The notes beneath the pieces are model-generated. The model had not been told where the DNA came from, ran no database searches, and was given only the letters and a program-made list of their open reading frames with translations. The translations under genes were made by a program, and so were the position numbers. From positions 160,001 to 224,000 of the IMG/VR virus record IMGVR_UViG_3300028886_000036: a stretch of 64,000 nt of DNA. The stretch is one strand, 5' to 3'. This document shows, piece after piece, positions 1-8,575 of this stretch. The stretch comes from a virus. Lineage: Duplodnaviria > Caudoviricetes. Every line of letters begins with the position of its first letter. Within the stretch, counting starts at the first letter, position 1.

Positions 1-213
1 AACTAAAGTACATAACAAATCATGATCAGTTCTTAATTGAAGATCTACATCCTGCTTCTTTTTAAGAATAGCTTCGTAGTCACTATCTTCAAGTTTTAGA
101 TGTTTTTCAATGTCTTTAAGCTCATCAGGGGCCATATACAATGTAGAATCAGTATATCCTAAACATCTTAAAATTATCTTATTAATACTATCTTTTTGAT
201 CCTGTGTAATCAT
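1..213 (-). CDS. hypothetical protein, 5' part (runs off window start)
   Basis: Manual translation from ATG at 213 (MITQDQKDSINKIILRCLG...) is open to position 1; it follows 221..820 in the same operon. Confidence 0.7.
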   Translation of the reverse strand, partial: MITQDQKDSINKIILRCLGYTDSTLYMAPDELKDIEKHLKLEDSDYEAILKKKQDVDLQLRTDHDLLCTLV

Positions 214-220
214 ACGTTAA

Positions 221-820
221 TCACGGCCCTTCTACAAAACTGTAATTTTTAGCCTTAAATTCACTATAACCATCTGGAGGAGAATCCTCAATACTAATCA
301 AATGCCACTTCCAAGAACCTACTCGATTTTCATTAGTGCCACTATAATCTCCACCACCTCTACCATTACCAACCGCAGTAAGAATAGGAAGTGGATCAAT
401 TATACCCCAAACATTATACTTACTCGCATTATAATACTTATGCATATCAATATAACCCTTAAGAGTATGATTCACTAAATAACTGTGCTCATAATCAATT
501 GGGGTTCCTGGGGTTGTATCATTGCTTCTACGACTACAAGATCTCCCCCAAACAAATTTATAGGTTGGGATACTAGGCTGCTTTTCTTTAACTCTATTAC
601 TTCTGAAATAGAATTCATCACCTTTTTCATTAGCATAGTCCCCAACCCACAATACTCTTTTAGGGTTCTTATAAATTAAACTATGAATTTTTACCATAAA
701 ATCAGTATCAACAAAACTATGCTCAGTTAGCTTTAAGCCGTCATCAAAATCTAACGGATAATACACTTTCTTATTCCAACCACGCTCTGACCCTATAACG
801 CTCTGATAATACTGACCCAC
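221..820 (-). CDS. phage hypothetical protein
   Basis: 199-aa ORF with AGGAGG RBS, tightly packed in the minus-strand operon. Confidence 0.8.
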   Translation of the reverse strand: MGQYYQSVIGSERGWNKKVYYPLDFDDGLKLTEHSFVDTDFMVKIHSLIYKNPKRVLWVGDYANEKGDEFYFRSNRVKEKQPSIPTYKFVWGRSCSRRSNDTTPGTPIDYEHSYLVNHTLKGYIDMHKYYNASKYNVWGIIDPLPILTAVGNGRGGGDYSGTNENRVGSWKWHLISIEDSPPDGYSEFKAKNYSFVEGP

Positions 821-832
821 AAATTATCCTCC

Positions 833-1372
833 TTACAGGAAATTTTCACACCTAGGCAATCCACCATCCCAATACAACTGTATATTCTTATTAATTAAAA
901 TAGTATGCTCATCAAGTAGAGGATCTATGTTAAATCCTTGATCAAAAACTCCTTCAAAGTAATCCTTATTAAGGCAATATACAAAGTCAGAGTCCTTTTC
1001 TCTATTTGATGCAATATAAATTACATATACCCCATTAGTATCTGTGGGCATGTCTACTAGAGCATAATTACCAAATAACTGTATCTTATGTCCATTAAAC
1101 ATACCCACGCCAGTCTTATTTACATTTACTCTTTTCCAATCATAGATGGCTTTGTGCTTCTTACAATATACATTTTTACTACCAGTTCTCTCTTGCATCT
1201 CTTTGCAATACTTGCACTCTTCCGGTTCTATGGTTTTTTTAAGAGCAACCTTCTGAATCATATTCTTACTGAAAGTGTTAAAGTTCAATATAAACTGCAT
1301 TAAAGTTTCTGGCCTGAATTGCAGTTTATGCTTTGTAATATATTCCTTCGCATTAATTACAATATCTTCCAA
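833..1372 (-). CDS. hypothetical protein, possible Zn-binding (CxxC...CxxH)
   Basis: 179-aa ORF, RBS GGAG, CKYC...CKKH motif. Confidence 0.7.
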   Translation of the reverse strand: MEDIVINAKEYITKHKLQFRPETLMQFILNFNTFSKNMIQKVALKKTIEPEECKYCKEMQERTGSKNVYCKKHKAIYDWKRVNVNKTGVGMFNGHKIQLFGNYALVDMPTDTNGVYVIYIASNREKDSDFVYCLNKDYFEGVFDQGFNIDPLLDEHTILINKNIQLYWDGGLPRCENFL

Positions 1373-1389
1373 TAATAATCATCTCCTAA

Positions 1390-2229
1390 CTAAGAATTTA
1401 CAAACTTTTCCTTTCTGGCCTTCTCCCAAGAAAGATCTGTTTCTTTCTCGATTAATTTAGCTAAATCTATAAGTCTAGAACAAACCTCGCTTGCTAAATC
1501 TAACTTAGTGTAATCAGAAACTTCTTTTCCTAAATTATACCCTACTTCAAGCCATTTGTCAACACGAGTTTTTATATCAGTAAAAGATGTCCTAGTTCTA
1601 GTTGCTTGACCTTGTGATTTATTTAGGCTTTTAAGATTATGTTCTTTAGTATATTTACTACGATATTCTCGTCTATTTAACTCACTTGGAGTTATCCAAT
1701 GCCATCCGCCATCTTTTTCCCAAATATCAATAACCATATTATTAAAACTTTCTGGCATTGGTACAGCATTTTTATAATAATCCTTAATGTCTCTGTTAAT
1801 TGTATTAACAGCAAACTCTAGATCAAATTCTTCGTTTGGATCAGTTATATCAACTTCATACAGCAATATAACTAACGATCTAGCGCAATTGCCCTGCTCA
1901 GGAACTATATTATAAAACGTTTCAAATAACGGGCTAATCAAGCTAAATGTTTTCATATCAATAGAATTTAAAACTGTAGATTGATTAGTAGCATTCTGTT
2001 TTTTATCCCTTGAAAAAAGTGGCATACATCTAAGATTTGTGTGGATTTTAAGATAGTTATTAATAGCTTTAGCTTTAAGACCTACGTTTTTAGAACTATT
2101 ACTACCAGTATGTTTACAAAAAGAGTCCATACAGCTAAGCATAAATTTTCTTCCATTAGGCGTAGACCAGCAAGAATTATTCATCAAGTTTTTAATTTCA
2201 GATACGTCATATGTTGCATGAAACGGCAT
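1390..2229 (-). CDS. hypothetical protein
   Basis: 279-aa ORF, RBS AAGGAGG. Confidence 0.8.
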   Translation of the reverse strand: MPFHATYDVSEIKNLMNNSCWSTPNGRKFMLSCMDSFCKHTGSNSSKNVGLKAKAINNYLKIHTNLRCMPLFSRDKKQNATNQSTVLNSIDMKTFSLISPLFETFYNIVPEQGNCARSLVILLYEVDITDPNEEFDLEFAVNTINRDIKDYYKNAVPMPESFNNMVIDIWEKDGGWHWITPSELNRREYRSKYTKEHNLKSLNKSQGQATRTRTSFTDIKTRVDKWLEVGYNLGKEVSDYTKLDLASEVCSRLIDLAKLIEKETDLSWEKARKEKFVNS

Positions 2230-2254
2230 AGATAATACCCTCCTTCAAATATAG

Positions 2255-2276
2255 GGGGCCCTTTAATAAGGGCCCC
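2255..2276. terminator. GC-rich hairpin, probable terminator
   Basis: GGGGCCCTT-TAAT-AAGGGCCCC inverted repeat between two genes. Confidence 0.55.
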
Positions 2277-2296
2277 ATGAATAAACTTATGCCTAT

Positions 2297-3139
2297 TTAA
2301 ACATTAAAGCCATGACTTCTAAACGCAGGGGCAACCCAAGCTTTATAATCAATGTAGATTTGCGGATTATAAGTAGTTTTGAAGTTATCCTCAAAATCCC
2401 AGCTAAATTTAAGATCATCAAGATATCCACATCTACTTCTATATGGTTCCGGCATTTTATCTACTAGATTATATAACTCAGCAGTAAGGGAATCCATAGC
2501 CAGCAAAATAAACTGTAAACGACACATATTGAACGTTCTTCCAGAGTCTTCGATAATTTTATCATACTCAAGAAGTTTTAAGATGTCGTATTTACTAAGA
2601 CCACGGCCCAAAGATAAATTTTCGTAACAATTATTTTGATAACCTCTTAACGAGTCTTTTTCAATTGTAAAGTAACATCCTTCAGGACCTAAGTACATGT
2701 TCTTATCCATATCAGCACACCAATTAAGATTATACGTATAACCTTTATTATAATACTTGCCACCGGTGGCTGGGTTAACATAGAGTCTCCTGGTAATTTT
2801 AAAACCCAAATCCATGAGACCTCCCCAGATTCTTTTAAATCTTACAGGCCAAGTTTTATATTTAGGGCGATCGCATCCATTGAAAAACACGAAGTTAAAA
2901 TATGTCTTTCTAACAATGCTAACTCCGTTCCAAACAAAAGGATCATTAATATCACGGTCATTAAACACTTCGAGAGCTTGCTTTCTGCCAAGAATTAATG
3001 GTGTTGGCAATAACTTAACAATATTTGTAAGCTGCAAGATATCGACAGAAATACATCCGGTCAGTTCTCTAGATAATGTATTGTCTGTATGAATAAAACG
3101 TGTAAGTGCGCCTTCAGTCATTTTATTACTCCTTTTCAA
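2297..3139 (-). CDS. hypothetical protein
   Basis: 280-aa ORF; true start may be MTEGAL a few codons in, after AAGGAG. Confidence 0.8.
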   Translation of the reverse strand: MKRSNKMTEGALTRFIHTDNTLSRELTGCISVDILQLTNIVKLLPTPLILGRKQALEVFNDRDINDPFVWNGVSIVRKTYFNFVFFNGCDRPKYKTWPVRFKRIWGGLMDLGFKITRRLYVNPATGGKYYNKGYTYNLNWCADMDKNMYLGPEGCYFTIEKDSLRGYQNNCYENLSLGRGLSKYDILKLLEYDKIIEDSGRTFNMCRLQFILLAMDSLTAELYNLVDKMPEPYRSRCGYLDDLKFSWDFEDNFKTTYNPQIYIDYKAWVAPAFRSHGFNV

Positions 3140-3446
3140 TTTTTTCAGATATATTATATTTATTAATTATCACCATAGCCTTCGTTATCCACAATACAGA
3201 TTCATTAAAGCTAAGATCCTTAAAGTCAGGCTTAGCATCTAACGTCCCATCATAGCCAGCATAATACATATCTTTAGCCAGCTTAAAGATAAGATCTTTA
3301 TTCTCAAAATTATACGACTTTTCTATTTCAGGAGTAATCCATTTACGTCTAAACCACTTGTCTCCTTTCAACTCCTCATAATGATTAAGCCAATCACGAC
3401 ACATGTCAAATACATTATTAATTACATTTTCTACTGGTTCGTTCAT
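3126..3446 (-). CDS. hypothetical protein
   Basis: Track ORF 3126..3527; start shortened to MNEPVEN to limit overlap with the RNA ligase. Confidence 0.6.
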   Translation of the reverse strand: MNEPVENVINNVFDMCRDWLNHYEELKGDKWFRRKWITPEIEKSYNFENKDLIFKLAKDMYYAGYDGTLDAKPDFKDLSFNESVLWITKAMVIINKYNISEKIEKE

Positions 3447-4266
3447 AATCTTCAAACCTGAGTTTGCAAATATGCTTACGATCAATATCCCTAATAACCA
3501 CTCCTTCAGATTTGCCAAACAGATCACTGTACTCTTTCTTATTATCGGGAGTTCCGATCACTGCTTGGCTTTTGTTAAACTTCTTTATCCATTTATAAGT
3601 TACACCAAAATCAGTAGGAAGATCCTTAGCCCTGATTCTAGTTAATTCAGGAGTTCTTTCCAACTGAAATTGAGTACAAAAGATATCCAGTGCATTATAA
3701 TCATACCAATAATCAGTACTATCAGATTTCCATCTAGAAATATCCGAAATATCTTTTTCTAACAGTTTTTCAAATTCAATGCAAGGAATAACCCTAACAT
3801 CAAATACCCTAAATTTACGACTGGCCAAAGTATTAACACTACAATATTCTTTACTACCATTAGAGATATTATAGCCATATACCTCACCAAATACTACCAT
3901 TACCACATCACTTTCAACATCATCAGCAAAGCTTTTGATCAAATAATCACAAGAACTCAACACAGTGTTAACTGTAGAATCTGTGATAATTCTATCACCT
4001 TTAGCATGAACAATATTCGATCTAGTTCCTACCAAATAATCATCATTGGTAAGGATAAGTCTCATATTAGTTCCATCGACTTTTTCAGTTACCTCAAGAA
4101 TTGATTCGGGATCAAATTTATTTTCATCATATACTTCATTAAGTAGACAACCTTTAGTACCAAGCTTATGATAAGTAAGAATACTTGGATATTCAGTAAG
4201 AGTATTTATTTTTTCTAAACCAAACTGCTTAACTGCTTCGTTTAACCAAGTACTTTTAGAGCTCAT
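3418..4266 (-). CDS. RNA ligase, Rnl2-like nucleotidyltransferase
   Basis: Motif I EKVDGTNMR, motif III FGEVYG, IIIa FRVFDV, IV EGVVIR, V KLRFEDY. Confidence 0.8.
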   Translation of the reverse strand: MSSKSTWLNEAVKQFGLEKINTLTEYPSILTYHKLGTKGCLLNEVYDENKFDPESILEVTEKVDGTNMRLILTNDDYLVGTRSNIVHAKGDRIITDSTVNTVLSSCDYLIKSFADDVESDVVMVVFGEVYGYNISNGSKEYCSVNTLASRKFRVFDVRVIPCIEFEKLLEKDISDISRWKSDSTDYWYDYNALDIFCTQFQLERTPELTRIRAKDLPTDFGVTYKWIKKFNKSQAVIGTPDNKKEYSDLFGKSEGVVIRDIDRKHICKLRFEDYERTSRKCN

Positions 4267-4466
4267 TCAATTTTCTCCTTTTCTTTAACTAGCTCTTCTA
4301 ATTTATCAATAACCATCCTTAAACTACTAACACACTCAGAATAAGCATCTAATTCTGCATTCACATCATCAGCAAGATCACTTCCTTGAAAGTTATATAA
4401 ATCATTAAACGCCCGATCTGCTTCACATGCCATATTATGAAGTCTAACCCATTCCTTATTAGTCAC
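4263..4466 (-). CDS. small hypothetical protein
   Basis: 67-aa ORF, RBS AGGAGG, 4-nt overlap with the ligase start. Confidence 0.7.
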   Translation of the reverse strand: MTNKEWVRLHNMACEADRAFNDLYNFQGSDLADDVNAELDAYSECVSSLRMVIDKLEELVKEKEKIE

Positions 4467-4493
4467 AAATACTTTCCTCCTATAAATTAAGGA

Positions 4494-6281
4494 CTACTTA
4501 ATGTAGTCCTTAACAATTTCTTGTTTGTTTTCCCAGATATGCTCAATATCTTCTAGGTTAGATGGCGTTACCTGGATCAAGTGTCTAGTATTCTCGTCAA
4601 ACGCGCATTCATACAATTCCTCCGGAGACATTTCTCCAAGTCCTTTATACCTGGATATATTAGCTCCCTTTTTCCTATACTTATTATAAGTAGCGTCATC
4701 AAATATTGGAATAAACTTTTTCTTTTCATATGTTCCAAACAAGGGCATTACTCCAATATACAGATTACCGTTTTTAATAAGCTCAGATGCAAACTTACCA
4801 AAGAACGATACTAGCAATGCCGCAATATGCAATCCATCAACATCAGAATCTGAAAGGCAAACTACTTTACCATATCTAAGCTCATTCAGATCTGGGTTAT
4901 TAGGTTTAATTCCAATACTGTTGAAAATTGCTCCAAGAGTTTTACTATCTACAATTTTGTCAAAACTACTATTCAACACATTAAGAATTTTACCTCTTAA
5001 TGGTAGAACAGCATGCTTTGTTACATCTCTAGCTTGAAGAAGAGTACCACCTGCTGAGTTACCTTCAACTATATAGAGCTCTCTTTCTTCGAGTTTTTTA
5101 CTGGTACAGTCTCGAAGATTCTCCACATTGACTTTATTACCCTTTTTACCTTTACCCAAGTTTTTACTATCTTTCTGCATTTTAACAGACTCAGCATAAT
5201 CAATCTGATCTGTTACAAATTCAGAAAATTTATCTAATAGCTTATCCACATTATCTTGATTGAAGATATAGTCATATTTACCTCTACCTCCAACCAAGCT
5301 ATACTTTTGTTGTCCAGAAAATGATGGATCAGATAGTTTCGCTATCAACAATACATTAATACCAACTACCATATCATCTTCTGACACATATTTATCTTTA
5401 GCCTTTCTAAATAGATAATCATTAAAAGCTTTTCTGATAAATATTCTGTCAGCACCAATAGTGGTCATTGGAAGAGTATTCACAATACTACTATAACTGA
5501 ACTGCGTAGTTTCTGACCTATTCATATATACAGTAACTTCATCAGTAATTTCTTTACCTTCAGGAGTAACTCTTTTACCTTTAATAGTTCCTACACAGGT
5601 TTCTTTGTCAGATTTCTTCATAAAGTTAGTAACAATATCATTATCAATATACACATTAGATTCTTTTCCAGATTTATCAATTACCTTTAATGATACATTT
5701 ACTTTCTCATTGTTAGCTGTAACCAAGATACATTTAAGTCTCTCAATTACATCATCTTTAGAAATTTCAACTGTATCAAAGTATTGAGGATCTGGTTTAA
5801 ATTCTACTTTGGTGCTATATGATAAACCTCTAATTACATTAGGTTTAACATCTTTACTAGGACTATTATAAAAGATATATTCCTTATGAGACCTTTTATC
5901 TTTTACAGTAATGTTCAAATATTCTGACAAGGCATTTACAATTGTTAAACCTTCGCCATGCAACCCAGACTTCTGATCATAAAGATCATTATCGAACTTG
6001 CCACCTGTACGAAGATCTGTACAAATTTCAATCGGGACATCATATGTAAGACCTTCTTGTCTGATTGGAATGCCTCTACCATTATCAATAACACTATAGA
6101 CTCCTTTCTGATAGTCTAGTGTCACAATAATAGTATCAGCTTTTTTACTAAGCAATTCATCTGCTGCATTATCAATCACTTCTGTCAGTAGATAAAACGG
6201 AGTAGTAGTATCTCTCACATAATGTCCGGGCCTAGTTTGAATATGTTCAAATTCACTCACATGTCTTATCGCCATTATCAA
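4494..6281 (-). CDS. gyrB: type IIA topoisomerase subunit B (GyrB/ParE-like)
   Basis: GHKL motifs EVIDNAADE, DNGRGIP, GLHGEG; TOPRIM motifs EGNSAGG, PLRGKILN, DSDVDGLHI; RYKGLGEM. Confidence 0.93.
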   Translation of the reverse strand: MIMAIRHVSEFEHIQTRPGHYVRDTTTPFYLLTEVIDNAADELLSKKADTIIVTLDYQKGVYSVIDNGRGIPIRQEGLTYDVPIEICTDLRTGGKFDNDLYDQKSGLHGEGLTIVNALSEYLNITVKDKRSHKEYIFYNSPSKDVKPNVIRGLSYSTKVEFKPDPQYFDTVEISKDDVIERLKCILVTANNEKVNVSLKVIDKSGKESNVYIDNDIVTNFMKKSDKETCVGTIKGKRVTPEGKEITDEVTVYMNRSETTQFSYSSIVNTLPMTTIGADRIFIRKAFNDYLFRKAKDKYVSEDDMVVGINVLLIAKLSDPSFSGQQKYSLVGGRGKYDYIFNQDNVDKLLDKFSEFVTDQIDYAESVKMQKDSKNLGKGKKGNKVNVENLRDCTSKKLEERELYIVEGNSAGGTLLQARDVTKHAVLPLRGKILNVLNSSFDKIVDSKTLGAIFNSIGIKPNNPDLNELRYGKVVCLSDSDVDGLHIAALLVSFFGKFASELIKNGNLYIGVMPLFGTYEKKKFIPIFDDATYNKYRKKGANISRYKGLGEMSPEELYECAFDENTRHLIQVTPSNLEDIEHIWENKQEIVKDYIK

Positions 6282-6921
6282 GTTCCTTTCCTAAAACACT
6301 CTCTGGCAGTGAATCTATAGATGGAAGTTTCATAAACTCACATACCAAAACATTTTGACCAAACACATCATAGTTGGTCTTAGTTATACAGTACTCTCCA
6401 ATAATGCTTTCTTCGTTAATCTTATAAATATACGCATCTTCTTTATCTACATTATTAAAATCAGCAACCTCTTGAGCTTGAATAGACCTAATTATAAATT
6501 GAATTATTTGAAGTGCTGGCGCAATTCGGGAGTTTATATATTCAGCTTCTTCTTCTGATTCAAAGTTTTCAACAGGAATTGTATCTGGAAATACTTCTTC
6601 TATGGTAGCCATATTAGTAGTTAGCAAAAATCTAGCACCTATAGCATATTGCTCAAGTAGTAGCTTTTCAGGTATAGTGTAAGTTCTAAAGTTATTACTT
6701 ACATACTTCCCTTCATTTATACTGCTAAAATATTTCAGTAACTTCTTAAGTCCTTTTACTGGATCATATTTTCTAAAAGACTGAAGTACTATTGGCTTAT
6801 AATCACTAGCTTCAAGTTCTTTTACATCACTAATTACAGGTATTAGAAATGTGAAGTTAGAACTTTTAGGAGTAGCTTTCAAATATTTTTCATCGGGTCT
6901 ACTAATCATGTTTAATCCCAC
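6253..6921 (-). CDS. hypothetical protein
   Basis: 222-aa ORF overlapping both neighbours in the operon. Confidence 0.75.
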   Translation of the reverse strand: MGLNMISRPDEKYLKATPKSSNFTFLIPVISDVKELEASDYKPIVLQSFRKYDPVKGLKKLLKYFSSINEGKYVSNNFRTYTIPEKLLLEQYAIGARFLLTTNMATIEEVFPDTIPVENFESEEEAEYINSRIAPALQIIQFIIRSIQAQEVADFNNVDKEDAYIYKINEESIIGEYCITKTNYDVFGQNVLVCEFMKLPSIDSLPESVLGKELDNGDKTCE

Positions 6922-7364
6922 AGATATCCGAAATAGTCAATAAACAACTGAAGTCCCTCATCAACTTCTTTTTGGTTGTCGAGATATCTACTAGAAGAAT
7001 CTTCCATAGACATAATATCCCACGACTTAATCATTTTGTCAAGCATATTATCCCAAATTTCTTCAAGTTCTTTATGAGACTTACAATCATTTTTAGGATC
7101 CATTTTAAAGCATCCGGGGATACCATGCCTATTATAGTTTTTAAAGTTGACCAATGCTCTTTTAATAAGATCTGCCAAATCATGATCCATATTCCAAGCA
7201 TCACGATTAATAAACTTATTTTTTCTAGCTGCATCAAGCTGTTGGTCTAACTTATCAAACCTAGACTCCCACTTAAGTTTCCATCTTTTGTGAGACTCTT
7301 TACACATACGAAGCCTTTGTCTAAGAATCTCATTTTCTTTTTTAAGCTTTTCAAGCTCGGTCAT
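6912..7364 (-). CDS. phage hypothetical protein with N-terminal coiled coil
   Basis: 150-aa ORF, RBS GGAG, C-terminus VDEGLQLFIDYFGYLWD. Confidence 0.8.
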   Translation of the reverse strand: MTELEKLKKENEILRQRLRMCKESHKRWKLKWESRFDKLDQQLDAARKNKFINRDAWNMDHDLADLIKRALVNFKNYNRHGIPGCFKMDPKNDCKSHKELEEIWDNMLDKMIKSWDIMSMEDSSSRYLDNQKEVDEGLQLFIDYFGYLWD

Positions 7365-7370
7365 TTGTCA

Positions 7371-7799
7371 TCACTCCAATGTGCAATCAAAATAATGATA
7401 ATCGAAACTAACATTTTGATTATACACCATTTCAAATACTTTTTCTAGTCTTCTACAAATATCATCTTCAATACAAAAACCATATGAACAAGTTTTTATA
7501 ATATTATCATTAAAAGTTCGTAAATCTAATATAATTGCAATCTCTCTAGAAACGTCTACTACATTATCTCTATACGATATAAAAATTTTCCAATATCTAG
7601 ACATACTATATCGTCTACTATGTACTAGCATAAAACTCAAACTTATAATTTCATCCTTCATAATACGATCCATAACAATAGCATTAAATCTTTGACAATA
7701 CAGCATTAACTTATTACGCTTAGTAAGTTTACTACTGTAATCCTTAGCCGATCTATACAAATAATCCCTCCTAAAGTAGAACCTTAAATCTTGGAACAT
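7371..7799 (-). CDS. hypothetical protein, apparently leaderless
   Basis: 142-aa ORF; ATG lies 6 nt downstream of the phage promoter motif and has no RBS. Confidence 0.7.
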   Translation of the reverse strand: MFQDLRFYFRRDYLYRSAKDYSSKLTKRNKLMLYCQRFNAIVMDRIMKDEIISLSFMLVHSRRYSMSRYWKIFISYRDNVVDVSREIAIILDLRTFNDNIIKTCSYGFCIEDDICRRLEKVFEMVYNQNVSFDYHYFDCTLE

Positions 7800-7805
7800 T
7801 AATAG

Positions 7806-7819
7806 TATATATTTACAAA
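7806..7819 (-). promoter_or_regulatory. phage promoter motif TTTGTAAATATATA
   Basis: Recurring motif upstream of several minus-strand accessory genes. Confidence 0.6.
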
Positions 7820-7839
7820 TTTTAAGGTAACAAAAATAA

Positions 7840-7869
7840 AAACAAAGAGAGGTTTCCCTCTCTTTGTTT
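7840..7869. terminator. intrinsic terminator hairpin
   Basis: AAACAAAGAGAG-GTTTCC-CTCTCTTTGTTT, with an A-run that gives a U-tail on the minus strand. Confidence 0.7.
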
Positions 7870-7874
7870 ATACG

Positions 7875-8033
7875 CTAAATAATTACATCTACAATAGCTA
7901 TTATAGCTATAATTGGATACACGACTGTAAGTATTACCTCTAAGAGGTTCTTAAATTTACTATTCGTACAAATAGATATATCATACAAGGCTATTCCGAA
8001 AAACATTATAATTACACATAGTCCAATAAACAT
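7875..8033 (-). CDS. small two-TM membrane protein (52 aa)
   Basis: Manual translation MFIGLCVIIMFFGIALYD...VYPIIAIIAIVDVII; RBS AAAGGAG. Confidence 0.65.
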   Translation of the reverse strand: MFIGLCVIIMFFGIALYDISICTNSKFKNLLEVILTVVYPIIAIIAIVDVII

Positions 8034-8046
8034 TTTTTTTTCTCCT

Positions 8047-8127
8047 TTACAGAACTGCTACGACGATAGCCATAGCTTCTTTAATAGTAAGCATCTTAAT
8101 AAATGAAAATGTAAACACGCTAAACAT
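8047..8127 (-). CDS. hydrophobic peptide (26 aa)
   Basis: MFSVFTFSFIKMLTIKEAMAIVVAVL with a strong RBS AAAGGAGGT. Confidence 0.55.
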   Translation of the reverse strand: MFSVFTFSFIKMLTIKEAMAIVVAVL

Positions 8128-8183
8128 CTATGCCACCTCCTTTCTATAGGAGATAACATAAATTTTAGCTGGTCGAACGCAGC

Positions 8184-8444
8184 TCATTGCTGCAACAAGT
8201 TACTTATTAATATTTCGTTAGTTATCCTATCAGTTATTTCATACAATATTTTGCATGTTTCTGGTGCTGTTCCTATAAATAATAGATTAACTCCATACCT
8301 TGCAAAATCAAACACTATATTATTTTTAAAATAATGTAGATTTTGCTCTTTATATCGTTTCACCTCCTTCTTCATCTCATCACTATTCCACGCTAACCTA
8401 ACAAGACTTGATGCAAAAACTTTGAGCATAGGCTTACTTAGCAT
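8184..8444 (-). CDS. hypothetical protein
   Basis: 86-aa ORF, RBS AAAGGAGG, downstream of the promoter motif at 8511. Confidence 0.75.
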   Translation of the reverse strand: MLSKPMLKVFASSLVRLAWNSDEMKKEVKRYKEQNLHYFKNNIVFDFARYGVNLLFIGTAPETCKILYEITDRITNEILISNLLQQ

Positions 8445-8510
8445 ATGCCCTCCTCCTTTCTCCCTATTATAGGGAAATTACACCCATTTGAAATACAGGT
8501 GCAATAGAAG

Positions 8511-8524
8511 TATATATATTCAAA
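8511..8524 (-). promoter_or_regulatory. phage promoter motif variant TTTGAATATATATA
   Basis: Immediately downstream of the terminator that ends the RNAP operon. Confidence 0.5.
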
Positions 8525-8575
8525 ACACAAAATAAAAGTAGACACCGCTATTACAGCAGTGTCTACTTATTTTAT

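Noticed and set aside
3185-5250. Single DnaA boxes at 3185 and 5242
   Set aside because: Isolated, inside coding sequence, compatible with chance in AT-rich DNA
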